Shown here one piece after another: positions 50,023 through 60,614 of a stretch of 64,000 nt of DNA. Location of the stretch: contig DBQS01000023.1 in assembly GCA_002305355.1 (NCBI GenBank), forward strand, positions 4,189 to 68,188, given 5' to 3'. The notes beneath the pieces are model-generated. The model was not told the DNA's origin. It saw nothing but the letters and a program-made list of their open reading frames with translations, and ran no database searches. A program made the position numbers and the translations under genes. Numbering within the stretch: position 1 is the first letter of the stretch; each line of letters begins with the position of its first letter. This DNA is from Patescibacteria group bacterium UBA1388. GTDB taxonomy: Bacteria; Patescibacteriota; Microgenomatia; UBA1400; PJMF01.

Positions 50023-50897
50023 GTAGCTCCCTTTTTAATAATAATAAAATACCGAATTATGGAACGCACCAACTCTGGATACGAATCACGATAATATTTG
50101 TCGTAGTATTGTAGCATGGTATCATAAAAATGGCGCTCGGTTTGACGAGCAATTTGTTTTGAAGTTCCCTTAATGCCCGATTTATACTTATGATGAATGA
50201 CTTTTATATGGGGATAAAAAATAATTGAGTAACCAGCCTCTCTCAAGCGCCGACACCAATCAAGATCTTCTGCATATATAAAAAATCGTTCATCAAGAAG
50301 TCCAATTTTATCAATTGCCGATTGTCTCACTATCATCGCCGCACCAGTGCAAGCATCAATCGTATGGATAGTGTCAAGTAGTTTATATGTTTGATGGTAA
50401 TTGGCAAAGAAACGACTTTTTGGAAAGAGAGCTGCGAGGCCAGTAAAGTAACAAAAAGATGTCCAGGGAGTCGGTTCGCCACGATGACAGGCGGGGTCTA
50501 ATTGACCTGTGGTAAAAATTACTTTGGGAGAAATTGCGCCTGCGGTTGGATTTTGTTCTAAAAAGTCTAATAATTCGTCTAAATTGGAATCAGGATTGAA
50601 CTCTACATCGGAGTTGAGAAGCATTACATAACGGCCGCGGCTTTCTTTCAGACCTCGATTATTTCCTGCCGCAAAACCTAAATTTTCTTCAAGAGTAATC
50701 AACTTCACCCACTTAAAGTCTCGATTCATCATGGGCACTGTTTGATCAGAACTATGATTATCAACCACGGTTACCGCAACTTGATATTTAGATTTATCAA
50801 TGTAATTGCTTTTTAAGCTTGAAAGGGTTTTCTTAAGCCAAAACTCACTATCGTAAGTGAGCACAATTATTTCAAGATCGACATTTTTTCTTGGCAT
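50019..50897 (-). CDS. Glycosyltransferase family 2
   Basis: VVDNHSSD, NLGFAAGNN, LLNSD, YAEDLDWC. Confidence 0.9.
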   Translation of the reverse strand: MPRKNVDLEIIVLTYDSEFWLKKTLSSLKSNYIDKSKYQVAVTVVDNHSSDQTVPMMNRDFKWVKLITLEENLGFAAGNNRGLKESRGRYVMLLNSDVEFNPDSNLDELLDFLEQNPTAGAISPKVIFTTGQLDPACHRGEPTPWTSFCYFTGLAALFPKSRFFANYHQTYKLLDTIHTIDACTGAAMIVRQSAIDKIGLLDERFFIYAEDLDWCRRLREAGYSIIFYPHIKVIHHKYKSGIKGTSKQIARQTERHFYDTMLQYYDKYYRDSYPELVRSIIRYFIIIKKGAT

Positions 50898-50903
50898 AAA
50901 AAA

Positions 50904-52097
50904 TTATTTTTTTCCAATACTGCGGTAGATACTGTCTAATTTTTTTGATATCAATTGCCAGTCAAAATTACGTTCTACAAATTGGCGACCATTTTTTGCA
51001 AGCCGAAGGCGGTCTGCGGGGGAATTAATCAGCTTAATTGCGTGGTTAACCATCTGCTCAGCTTGATCGCTAATCATGACATGTTGCTTGTGTTTAACAC
51101 CAAGGCCTTCAACAGCGGTAGCGGTGGCAACCACCGGCGTGCCCGCTGCCAGAGCTTCTAAAATTTTATAACGGGTGCCCTTGCCACTGAAAACGGGTGC
51201 AATCAAGACGTGTGATCCAGCAAAGGCATCCCTAATATCGGGAATATCACCAGTGACGGTGATTTGGTCATCTTTGGTGGCTAAATTACGAATTTCGGCT
51301 GTGGGCGAAGCTCCCACTATCCATAACTGAGCGTGATTAACCTGTGATTTGATGCGCGGCCAAATCTGGTCAACCAAAAAACGCACGGCTTCAACATTTG
51401 GCAGCCATTTAAAAGTTCCTACCGAAAGCAATGTGGGTTGCTTTGGTTCATGGCGAGTTTTTTCTTTAAACCAGGCAGTATCAACACCATTCTCAACCAC
51501 TGCGATTTTGGAAGAATCGGGTATGCTACGCAGAATGTAGTTTTTATCTTCCTTGCTCATCACTACCAGCTTAGTGCAGGTTTGCCAGTAATGAGTTTCC
51601 CAGTATTTGATTTTTTTAATATCGAAGTTAAGGATTGGTTTTAACATCCAACAGGCATGAGCGGCATAACTTTCATAACCCAAGTACTCAATTGTTTGTT
51701 CAACCAACAGCACTGGTACTGTTGTTGCAGGTAGATGTGGCATCATGTAAAACGTTTCGGCATGAATGAGATCATAGTGATTTCTTTTCAGCTCGGTGGC
51801 AACTGCACTTTTTACTTCACCGACATAATTTCTAATTACCAAGAAGGGGTAAGACGAAATCGCAGTTTTTAAAATGTTGCGCCACGTAAAGGGTTTTTTC
51901 GACCTTTTAAAAACTTGTACATCTTGACAAAACTGATTTAGGATGGGGATGTATTTTTTTTCATCATCATCTTTAATTAGGGCAAACAACGTCACCTGGT
52001 GTTTAGAGGACAACTGTTTTAAGAAATTGTATGTTCTAATTTGTCCACCAGAATGGAGTGGATACGGTAAATAAGGGGTGAGCATCAAAATTTTCAT
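50904..52097 (-). CDS. Glycosyltransferase family 4
   Basis: SGGQIR, NGVD, KILEALAAGTPVV. Confidence 0.9.
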   Translation of the reverse strand: MKILMLTPYLPYPLHSGGQIRTYNFLKQLSSKHQVTLFALIKDDDEKKYIPILNQFCQDVQVFKRSKKPFTWRNILKTAISSYPFLVIRNYVGEVKSAVATELKRNHYDLIHAETFYMMPHLPATTVPVLLVEQTIEYLGYESYAAHACWMLKPILNFDIKKIKYWETHYWQTCTKLVVMSKEDKNYILRSIPDSSKIAVVENGVDTAWFKEKTRHEPKQPTLLSVGTFKWLPNVEAVRFLVDQIWPRIKSQVNHAQLWIVGASPTAEIRNLATKDDQITVTGDIPDIRDAFAGSHVLIAPVFSGKGTRYKILEALAAGTPVVATATAVEGLGVKHKQHVMISDQAEQMVNHAIKLINSPADRLRLAKNGRQFVERNFDWQLISKKLDSIYRSIGKK

Positions 52098-53542
52098 GAC
52101 TCATCCTTTTTTTTGGTCAGATCTAGAATCAGGTAATTTGGGGACTTTTCTACGGTAAAATACTTTGCTTCTAATTCTTTTGCTTCATCATCCATGGCGG
52201 TGGTGACGTAATATTCTGCTCCGTCCTGAATTTTTTCATCAATACTAAAGCCAATTGGCCAGCCGGTGCGGTTGGTTTGGTATAAAAACAGGGTGTCTCC
52301 ATTAGCTTGAGCAATGATTTTCGCATCAGGAGGTAACAACCGGTCTACTGCTGCGCCTGCTTCCAGATATTCATCGTGGTTGATTTGGTAAAAACCTTTG
52401 ACTTGGTAGCCAGAAATGAGTAATCCGGTGATGACAATGCCTGCTAAAACAACCACCGGTAATTGGTTTGGTAAATATTTCTGTAAATATTGTTCAGCGA
52501 TGACAATGCCACGCGCGATAGTAACCGCTACGATGGGAATCATTATTACTTGATAGTAGTCATGACGGACACTGCCGGCAGCAAAGACGCTAAAATAAGC
52601 TAACACACCTAACCACCAAGTGCCATATATCACAATCTCTTTTTTTTGAAGTTTTAAAATACTGAAAGGAAAAAAAATGAATAATACCACGCCACAAATG
52701 AGTTTAATCAGTCTTTCGTAACCAAGTACTCTAAACCATGCTGGGCGAAAACGCATCGGATGTCCATCAAAGTCGTTAAGCAACTGCTTGGTAGCTGGAA
52801 TACCACTTGGAAATTGTTGGATCCAACTTCGCCACCATAATAGTGGGAGACCACTGATCATAATCAAGGGTAATACTGGCCAGCCCTTTTTAAAATTGAA
52901 TCCGTACTCTGCCCAGGTAATGGCAAGCAGGATTGGAGTAAAAAATACCACAAATGGTTTTAAAAGCAGTGCCAGCGCAAAACTAAATAGTGAGCTCACA
53001 TACCATCCCCAGTGGCGTTGCTTGGTCCAGTTTAAATACGAAAGCACGCTAAAAACTAAAAAAAACAACATTACTGGTTCGGGTAAAATTACTCTGGAAT
53101 AATAAACACTAAATGGGAGAACAGCCATCATCAAAGCAGAGAAATAAGCCACTTTTGAGCCTGAATATTTTTTGACCACATAAAATAAAGCGCCAATCGT
53201 GCCTAAGGAAAATATCACCGATACGATTCGAGATGTGACATCTATGCTGAGTCCGGGAATAGTAAGTACCAACCAGGCGATGAGAGCATTGATGAACGGA
53301 AATTCCACCATCCGGTATCCTTCAAGATTAAGTTGACCAGATTGGATGTTGGATAGATCATGATAACGGGGAACAAGCAAATTAATGCCATGTTTGACAT
53401 ACTCACGAGTGACACTCGCAGTATCTGCTTGACGAAAACTATGCCAATCTAACACTGGGTTATTGATTTTGTAGAGCCTTAATGCAAACGCAAGTAACAA
53501 AATTGAAATTAACAACCAGTTGCGGGGTGATTTGAACTTCAT
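52094..53542 (-). CDS. GT-C fold (ArnT/PMT-like) membrane glycosyltransferase
   Basis: DWHSFRQADT, EFP, YSRVILPE, LLKP, HDYYQ; multi-TM. Confidence 0.8.
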   Translation of the reverse strand: MKFKSPRNWLLISILLLAFALRLYKINNPVLDWHSFRQADTASVTREYVKHGINLLVPRYHDLSNIQSGQLNLEGYRMVEFPFINALIAWLVLTIPGLSIDVTSRIVSVIFSLGTIGALFYVVKKYSGSKVAYFSALMMAVLPFSVYYSRVILPEPVMLFFLVFSVLSYLNWTKQRHWGWYVSSLFSFALALLLKPFVVFFTPILLAITWAEYGFNFKKGWPVLPLIMISGLPLLWWRSWIQQFPSGIPATKQLLNDFDGHPMRFRPAWFRVLGYERLIKLICGVVLFIFFPFSILKLQKKEIVIYGTWWLGVLAYFSVFAAGSVRHDYYQVIMIPIVAVTIARGIVIAEQYLQKYLPNQLPVVVLAGIVITGLLISGYQVKGFYQINHDEYLEAGAAVDRLLPPDAKIIAQANGDTLFLYQTNRTGWPIGFSIDEKIQDGAEYYVTTAMDDEAKELEAKYFTVEKSPNYLILDLTKKKDES

Positions 53543-55335
53543 GGTGTCTTCTTTTTATTGGCTCGCCGCTTCCTGTCTTTATTGCTTCGAATAACAGCAC
53601 GCTGTCTTTTAGTTTGATTTTGAGTAAATTGAGGAAAGGCGGAATTAGAGCGAGCATTGGGCAAAGTCCTGGTCTGAGATGTTGATGTATGGAGCAAGTT
53701 TGTTTCAATAGCGAGTATGATGCCCGCTAATGCCCAGAGCGTAAATGCCACTTTTGAAGCGGCAAAAACATCAATAAAGATGGCATTTAATAACAGTCCA
53801 ATCGAGCCAGCTAAATAAGCGATCGCAAAAATAATTAACACATGATTATTGGGTTTTGCCCGATAAATTCTCCAAGCGCTGGCGAGTGATAATCCTAAAA
53901 CACCATAAAATGTAATAAAGCCTAGCAAGCCAGTTTCACCGAGGGTACGCAAAAAGTTATTATCTGTACTTTCTGCTTCCGTAAACTGCTGAATCGATTC
54001 TTTGGTGAGGGTGGCATATCCTGTACCTAGTAATGGGTTGGCGTAAAAACCCTGTAAGGCTCTTGGCCAAAGTGTATCCAGCCTAATTGCAAACGACAAG
54101 CCAAACATCATGGCGTTATCAGAGTAAGTGCGCTCTGTTTCGATTTGTGTTTCAGTGATGGTGCCATCAGCCGATTGGGTTGCGACTGTTTCGATGACGG
54201 GTACATTCACATAGACATCACTTGGCCTGATGGGACTAGGCCGTTCATCTGAAGCAACCAGCACGGCCGCATCTTCCACAGAGATAGCATTATCTGGCAC
54301 TTTTGGTTGCATGTTTTGATAGTTTGGCAAGATTTTGACGAGATAATTTTGAGTCAGATAATTAAGGAAATCCTTGCGATGCCGATTAGTTTCGTGAAAA
54401 ACATCATGGGTGAGGCGATTGGCGTTCACGACTTGCATTAGTCGTTCTGACATGTCGTCGCCAAAGAAAGACAGCATCATAAATGTAATTACAAGTAATC
54501 CAGCTGAACGAGAGGAAATCCACCACAACCTTTTTTTGCTTGGAGTGAATTTATACAATCCTGTGAGGACTAATAAAATAACTGCTGCCAGCGCAAAACT
54601 GGCAAACGAAGTCCGGGCAGCGGTTACGGTCAGCAACCACAATCCAAGTAAAAAAATTGATCCTACTAAAAGCTTGTGTTTCTTTTTATTAACAAAGAAG
54701 AAAGTGGTTAAAACTACTGGTAAGACAATTACCAGGTAAGCACCCAAGTCATAATGACCTCCAAAAGTAGATTGCACTCGCGCGTGTTCTGTTAGATAGA
54801 GCCGAATACCTTTGCTAAACTCTCGATTCATGGTGGAGTAAACCGGCCAATAATAGTATTTCTGGCCGATACCATAAATGCTGACAGCTGTTAATGTGGC
54901 CATCATTACCACGAGCGCAATCACAGCATGCTTGGTGTTCTTAATAGCAGAGTAAAGAATAAAAAACAGTGAAAAATACTCAAGATATCTAAAATAATGG
55001 AGGGCTGTTTTTCCGATATGCAAGATTTCAAAAGGTACCGTTTTAGTAATGAATACCGCAGATAAGATTGACAAGAATCCAACCACAGCATAAGCGAGCA
55101 ACATATAAGTCAAGGGCGTTTTCCAGCATATTTTTTTTCTGATCAGTTGAGCACCCCAAATGATGAGCGCCACAAATATGAGTAGATCTTCCAATCTAAC
55201 ACGCACAATATAACCTGGAATTGCTTCAAAGAGTGGGAGTTTGGGATAAAGCGGAATGAAAGCTAACAAAAAACTAGCAATCACGACCATGCCATAATCA
55301 TCAAACCAAGTCAGAGATTTTTTAAATAGGTTCAT
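53539..55335 (-). CDS. O-antigen ligase-like membrane protein
   Basis: RVQSTFGGHYDLG, TAARTS, NPLLGTG, DNNFLRTLGETGLLG. Confidence 0.8.
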   Translation of the reverse strand: MNLFKKSLTWFDDYGMVVIASFLLAFIPLYPKLPLFEAIPGYIVRVRLEDLLIFVALIIWGAQLIRKKICWKTPLTYMLLAYAVVGFLSILSAVFITKTVPFEILHIGKTALHYFRYLEYFSLFFILYSAIKNTKHAVIALVVMMATLTAVSIYGIGQKYYYWPVYSTMNREFSKGIRLYLTEHARVQSTFGGHYDLGAYLVIVLPVVLTTFFFVNKKKHKLLVGSIFLLGLWLLTVTAARTSFASFALAAVILLVLTGLYKFTPSKKRLWWISSRSAGLLVITFMMLSFFGDDMSERLMQVVNANRLTHDVFHETNRHRKDFLNYLTQNYLVKILPNYQNMQPKVPDNAISVEDAAVLVASDERPSPIRPSDVYVNVPVIETVATQSADGTITETQIETERTYSDNAMMFGLSFAIRLDTLWPRALQGFYANPLLGTGYATLTKESIQQFTEAESTDNNFLRTLGETGLLGFITFYGVLGLSLASAWRIYRAKPNNHVLIIFAIAYLAGSIGLLLNAIFIDVFAASKVAFTLWALAGIILAIETNLLHTSTSQTRTLPNARSNSAFPQFTQNQTKRQRAVIRSNKDRKRRANKKKTP

Positions 55336-55366
55336 AATTTTTGGATCATTAAATATTTATTATTGT

Positions 55367-56386
55367 CTAGAACTTTATTTGTCCGAGTGCGTTTCGGTAG
55401 AGATTACTGCGTTTGGTTTGACCAATTGTACCAAAAATGATGATCCGCAATATTAATCCTGAGTAAATCAGTGCCCGTACCACCACCGATTGCCAAGCTG
55501 GAAAATGTTTCGCCCACAGATACAAGTAGCCATTCATCTCACCTACGATCGCATTCAGGGTGGTAGAGCTGGCGGACTTAAGATGAGTGACAAAAGCTGT
55601 GGGATGAATGGCCACATCCCAGTGGTGGTGGCTTGCTCGTAAACAAAACTCAACGTCTTCTCCGTACATAAAGATATTTTTGTCCAACAATCCAATTTCT
55701 TTAATGAGGTCTCTTTTAATTAACATTGCTGTTCCCGCCACCCAACCGGTCTTAAATAAATATTGATTAATAAAGTTAGTGGCGCGCCAGCCAGTGTGTT
55801 GAGTAGATGGTAATAACCTACCCAAAATGGGGAGATCATCGATCATCATTAGGTGGTTAAAAAGAGTAAAAAGACTTGGTAGAGATCCACCTTGAGGTTG
55901 AACGGTACCATCCGGATTAATTAGAGTAGCTGCTAAAATGCCTAGCCGGTCGAGTTTGCCGGAGTGTGAACTTAAGGTCGCAGTGCTCTCCCCAGGGTTA
56001 TCAATCATGGCTTGGACTAGCTTTTCCAGTGCTCCAGCTTGAACAAAGGTGTCCGAGTTAAGAAGTAAAATATACTCGCCCTTGGCTTGTTTGATAGCCT
56101 GGTTATTGGCGGTGGCAAATCCTAGATTTTTTTTATTAATAATCATTGTGAAACCTAATGAAATCTCTTTTTTTAGGGATTGCAACTTAGGGATGGAATC
56201 ATCAGTGGAAGCGTTATCAACTACAATGATTTCAGTTTGGTGAGCTAGTAAAGCTGATCTGTTGGCATCTTCAATTACGGATTTGATGGCCGCAAGGGTT
56301 ATATCAGCGGTGTTGTATGAAATCAAACAGACCGAGAGCAATGTATTTTTTGGCACGTGATGACCTTTAATTATTACTGAAACCAA
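55367..56386 (-). CDS. Glycosyltransferase family 2
   Basis: VVDNASTD, NLGFATANN, LLNSD, MYGEDVEFC. Start may be GTG 56356. Confidence 0.9.
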   Translation of the reverse strand: MVSVIIKGHHVPKNTLLSVCLISYNTADITLAAIKSVIEDANRSALLAHQTEIIVVDNASTDDSIPKLQSLKKEISLGFTMIINKKNLGFATANNQAIKQAKGEYILLLNSDTFVQAGALEKLVQAMIDNPGESTATLSSHSGKLDRLGILAATLINPDGTVQPQGGSLPSLFTLFNHLMMIDDLPILGRLLPSTQHTGWRATNFINQYLFKTGWVAGTAMLIKRDLIKEIGLLDKNIFMYGEDVEFCLRASHHHWDVAIHPTAFVTHLKSASSTTLNAIVGEMNGYLYLWAKHFPAWQSVVVRALIYSGLILRIIIFGTIGQTKRSNLYRNALGQIKF

Positions 56387-56967
56387 CGCGCGCGACCAAG
56401 TTTGTATCCCAGCGCTGCTTCATTTCGAGTTGCAAATTGCTTGGCAGGAATGCCCGCTACCATGTGCAATGGGGGAACACTTTTGGTGACAACTGCCCCC
56501 GCTGCTACAACTGCCCCTCTGCCAATGGTGACTCCTGGCAATATGATTACCCGAGGACCAATAAAAACGTAATCTGCAATTTCGACCGGCTCTTCTTTGG
56601 GTTTCATGGTGGGATCAGCAAGATCATGCTCACTTGTCCAGATCATAACCTGAGAAGCGATGTCAACGTGATTGCCAATGGTCAAACCACCTTTTGAGCC
56701 AGGAAGTTGACGGCGGCCATCCAATACGAATTGCTCACCGATAATGGAATCTTCACCAATGGCAATATGTCTTGGGTCATAAACGCGACCCAACATGTGT
56801 AAAGTTGAACCAGTTCCGATTTTCATGCCCGCAGTGCGATAAAAAAAGCGTCGTAAATGATGAGATGGTAAATATCCCACCACCCACCATAACAAGCCGG
56901 TGATAAATTCCAACCAGATAGCACTGAGGCGATGAGCGACTTTACTGAAGAGAGATGTTGCTGTCAT
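56374..56967 (-). CDS. Hexapeptide-repeat acyltransferase
   Basis: IADYVFIGPRVIILPGVTIGRGAVVAAGAVVTKSV..VAGIPAK. Confidence 0.9.
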   Translation of the reverse strand: MTATSLFSKVAHRLSAIWLEFITGLLWWVVGYLPSHHLRRFFYRTAGMKIGTGSTLHMLGRVYDPRHIAIGEDSIIGEQFVLDGRRQLPGSKGGLTIGNHVDIASQVMIWTSEHDLADPTMKPKEEPVEIADYVFIGPRVIILPGVTIGRGAVVAAGAVVTKSVPPLHMVAGIPAKQFATRNEAALGYKLGRARWFQ

Positions 56968-57189
56968 GGGGTTAGTATACCGATCTCAAGCTCACTGGTA
57001 CAGAGTAAAAATGTCGTCAAAAATAATTGGCAAGTAATTGATGGAGTGCCTCTCTTTGGTGATTATTTTTAACAACAGCTATAGATGATTACTACTCCGG
57101 ATGATTATGAAAAAGTGAGTTGATCGCCCACGCATCTTAAAATTGGGAGTGTGAGCGCAACACATGACCACAGGCGCTTGATTTAGCAA

Positions 57190-58209
57190 TCAAGACAGTT
57201 CTGTTGGGTAAGCTAATTTTAAATGATCGCAAGCAGCCCTGGTGACGACCCTGCCCTTAGGCGTGCGTTTAAGGAACCCAATTTGAAGCAAATATGGTTC
57301 AATCACTTCTTCAATCGTAATTGTGTCTTCGCTTAAGGTAGCGGCAAGAGTAGAAAGACCCACTGGTCCACCATGATGCTTTGTGACCACTTGAATTAAC
57401 AATCTTCGATCGGCTTCATCGAGTCCCGCTTCATCAATCGTGTACATGGAAAGCGCTTGATTAGCTGTCTGAGGAGAAATTTTAGGCAGATTTTTAACTT
57501 GCACAAAATCTCGTACCCGCTTGAGTAATTTAAGGGCGATGCGGGGGGTACCTCGTGCTCTCTTGGCGAGCACAAGGGCACTCTCATCGTCAAGGACAAT
57601 CTTGAGTTTTTGGGCCGCATGTTTGAGAATGGTTATCAAGGCAGCGGGTGAATAGTAAGTTAAGCGGTGAACTAAACCAAACCGATCACGAAAAGGTCCA
57701 GTTAAAAGACCATATCGGGTAGTGGCCGCGACCAAAGTAAATTTAGGCAAGTCTAAACGCAGTGTTCGCGCCGAAGGTCCTTTGCCAATCACGATGTCAA
57801 GCGCATAGTCTTCCATGGCTGGATAAAGTGTTTCTTCTACCGCTTTGGGCAAGCGATGCACTTCGTCAATAAAAAGGACATCACCAGGTTGTAAATTAGT
57901 AAGAATTGCTGCCAAGTCTCCCACTTTAGTCAATGCTGTACCAGAAGTAATGCGTAAATTTGTACCCAGCTCAAGTGAAATCAGATGTGACAAAGTAGTC
58001 TTCCCTAAGCCGGGTGGACCATATAACAAAACATGATCGAGCGGTTCATTGCGGGATTGCGAAGCTTGAATGGCGATCAAGAGTGACTCTTTAATTGAAT
58101 TTTGACCATAAAATTCATCCCACTTGTTAGCTCTGAGTGAAGTAATGAGCAACTCTTCGTCATTATTTTGATTGCTTTCAGCTGGGGTTTTCTGACTTGA
58201 TTTAGACAT
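57190..58209 (-). CDS. ruvB: Holliday junction branch migration helicase RuvB
   Basis: GPPGLGKTTL, FIDEVHRL, YPAMED, RGTPRIA, GGPVGL, RTPKGR. Confidence 0.98.
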   Translation of the reverse strand: MSKSSQKTPAESNQNNDEELLITSLRANKWDEFYGQNSIKESLLIAIQASQSRNEPLDHVLLYGPPGLGKTTLSHLISLELGTNLRITSGTALTKVGDLAAILTNLQPGDVLFIDEVHRLPKAVEETLYPAMEDYALDIVIGKGPSARTLRLDLPKFTLVAATTRYGLLTGPFRDRFGLVHRLTYYSPAALITILKHAAQKLKIVLDDESALVLAKRARGTPRIALKLLKRVRDFVQVKNLPKISPQTANQALSMYTIDEAGLDEADRRLLIQVVTKHHGGPVGLSTLAATLSEDTITIEEVIEPYLLQIGFLKRTPKGRVVTRAACDHLKLAYPTELS

Positions 58210-58212
58210 ATG

Positions 58213-58788
58213 TTATGACAACTGATGTTGGCCAAGGTGTTGGATGGCTTGGCGAATTGATTCTTCAGGAGTGTGATCTTCAATATCAATGGTTTTGATG
58301 TAGTCTAACACTTGGTTTTCATCAAATCCAAGATTAGTAAGCGCAGTGACGACAATTTCTTCAGCTGGCGAAGTGGGACCAAGTTGAAGTTCTTTAAGAC
58401 TGCCTAATTTACCCTTGAGGTCAATGATAATTTTTTGAGCCAATTTTTTGCCTACACGAGGAATTTGAGTAAAAAAGCTGACTTGTGCCTGTTGTACCGC
58501 CTCAATTATTTTTTCCGCTCCCTGATCGCTGATACTCAGCGCAATATTTGGACCGACGCCAGAAACGCTGAGGAGCAATAAAAATAATTCTTTCTCCTGC
58601 AAAGTAGCAAAGCCATATAAATCAAAGGCATCTTCTTTGACGTGGGTGTGAATGTACAGAGATAGTTCTGTCTCTGCGGGAGTAGTAAGTAGTTTTGTAC
58701 CAACCCGGACGAGGTACCCCACACCCCGCACATTAATTAGGAGGGCGTGTGTTTGCGGTTCAACTAGTCCTGTTAGTTTGCCGATCAT
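58213..58788 (-). CDS. ruvA: Holliday junction binding protein RuvA
   Basis: GVGYLV, HVKED..LYGF, VSGVGP, IPRVGKKLAQKI. Confidence 0.97.
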   Translation of the reverse strand: MIGKLTGLVEPQTHALLINVRGVGYLVRVGTKLLTTPAETELSLYIHTHVKEDAFDLYGFATLQEKELFLLLLSVSGVGPNIALSISDQGAEKIIEAVQQAQVSFFTQIPRVGKKLAQKIIIDLKGKLGSLKELQLGPTSPAEEIVVTALTNLGFDENQVLDYIKTIDIEDHTPEESIRQAIQHLGQHQLS

Positions 58789-58905
58789 AGGTTATTTCTT
58801 TCTATCATCTTTGTTGTTGAACAACGAGCTATGCTCTGACAAATCCCCAACAGAGTCGTTGGTGGTGCGACTGATGCGCAATCAGAATTATTAATTGGCT
58901 GTAGC

Positions 58906-59373
58906 TCATGTCGAAATGCCATGAGTGACAGCTACCGCCAATGCGTCTAGTGTATCATCGATTAAAGTGTTTTGTTTAAGATTAAGTTCTGAGCGGACCA
59001 TTTTCTCAACCGCTTTTTTATCGGCCCGACCATAACCAGTGACAGCAATTTTTACAGCCTGAGGTGTATATTCTACGACCTGACAACCTGCCTTCAATAG
59101 ATGACTAATAATGACGCCTCTGGCTTCTGAAACCCGTAGGGCAGTTTTCTGGTTTTTGGCAAAAAATAATGACTCAATCGCAGCCACAATAGGTTGATGA
59201 GCAATTAAAATATCTGTTAACTCCGTCATAATTTGTTGATAGCGAGTAAAGATATCTGAACGATGATTGGTTTGAATGCAACCATAAGCTAAAACATGGC
59301 ACTGGCGAGCGTGGCAATCTATCACTCCCCACCCGATTCGATCAAAACCTGGATCAATGCCGATGATGGTCAT
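58906..59373 (-). CDS. ruvC: Holliday junction resolvase RuvC
   Basis: IGIDPG, IESLFF, EARGV, YTP..VK, GYGRADK, DDTLDALAVA. Confidence 0.97.
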   Translation of the reverse strand: MTIIGIDPGFDRIGWGVIDCHARQCHVLAYGCIQTNHRSDIFTRYQQIMTELTDILIAHQPIVAAIESLFFAKNQKTALRVSEARGVIISHLLKAGCQVVEYTPQAVKIAVTGYGRADKKAVEKMVRSELNLKQNTLIDDTLDALAVAVTHGIST

Positions 59374-59412
59374 ACTTTAAACGTTGTATCATGTTTGATA
59401 CCGAAATTGAAG

Positions 59413-60597
59413 TCATTGCTTAGGGTTAGCAGCAGATCGTAAAGTGTTGAGTATAACTTGAGCTGAAGTGTGCCAACTGAATTTTTGGGCTTGCTTTAAG
59501 CCTTTTCTTATTAATTGCGCGCGCCGCCGAGAAGACAAATGAGCGATTTTAAAAAAGACCTCAGCAATAGCTGTCACCTGATGGGGATCAACCAGATAAC
59601 CCGCTTCACCAACAACTTCAGGAAGACTAGCGGCGCGCGCAACAACAGGCAGTGTGCCAGCTTGCATGGCTTCTAGTGGTGGAATACCAAAGCCTTCATG
59701 AATACCAAGCAGGACTTGGCACATCGCATGTTTATACAGTGCAGCTTTTTCAATGTCTGAAACAAAACCGGTTAAGATGATTTGTGATTTAAAAGCTGAG
59801 GCGTGAATGCGTTCTAGTATGGGTGATGCTTTCCAACCTACTTTACCAGCTAATACCAGGGTGGGTGATTGAATATTTGGTCTTCGTCGTTTAGATTGCC
59901 TATTGGCGAGCGTCAAACTGGCAATGCGCCGATTGTACATTTCAAAAGCTTCAATGAGCGTAATTAAATTTTTTCTGGGTTGCAATGTACCGACAAATAG
60001 GATGTATGGTTTTTGAATACCAAATTTATCCAAAATTTGCTTAGTTTCTCTTTGATTTAATTGATAGTTGCGAGGATCCGCTGCTGGGTAAGCGACCTTG
60101 ATCTTATTTGGGCTAACGTGATATAGATCGACCACATTTTGTTTGGTGTATTCACTAATGGTGATGACCGCCGCGGCGTGTTTCACACTGTATTCGGTCC
60201 ACTTGGTCAGTTGCACTCGATCACGCAGGGTGAATTGATCAGGATAATCTAAATAGGCTGTATCGAGGACTGCGGTCACATAAGGGATAGGTGACAGGCG
60301 AGGTGCATAATGGCCCGGAGTGAATAAAACATCGTAGGCGTGAGAATGCAAGTAGAGATGGAGTGGTAACGCCCACTGCGTCCAAAATCTTCTGGGTTGA
60401 AGAATTTTATAGCGCCAATGCTTGTGTTCCGATGGTAAGTCTGAAGATGGAGGGTGGGCTAACAAGACAGTGACTTGGTCGCCTGATTTGGCAACTAACG
60501 CCCTCAGCTCATGTAATAATTCAAAAGCGTAAACATTGCTCCCAACTCTAGATTTTACGTTTGCTTCGTTGCCATCAATTGCAATCTGAATGCCCAT
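59413..60597 (-). CDS. Glycosyltransferase family 4
   Basis: FVGTLQPRKN, EGFGIPPLEAM, SLPEVVG. Confidence 0.9.
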   Translation of the reverse strand: MGIQIAIDGNEANVKSRVGSNVYAFELLHELRALVAKSGDQVTVLLAHPPSSDLPSEHKHWRYKILQPRRFWTQWALPLHLYLHSHAYDVLFTPGHYAPRLSPIPYVTAVLDTAYLDYPDQFTLRDRVQLTKWTEYSVKHAAAVITISEYTKQNVVDLYHVSPNKIKVAYPAADPRNYQLNQRETKQILDKFGIQKPYILFVGTLQPRKNLITLIEAFEMYNRRIASLTLANRQSKRRRPNIQSPTLVLAGKVGWKASPILERIHASAFKSQIILTGFVSDIEKAALYKHAMCQVLLGIHEGFGIPPLEAMQAGTLPVVARAASLPEVVGEAGYLVDPHQVTAIAEVFFKIAHLSSRRRAQLIRKGLKQAQKFSWHTSAQVILNTLRSAANPKQ

Positions 60598-60614
60598 AGG
60601 TTGTGTAATGATTG

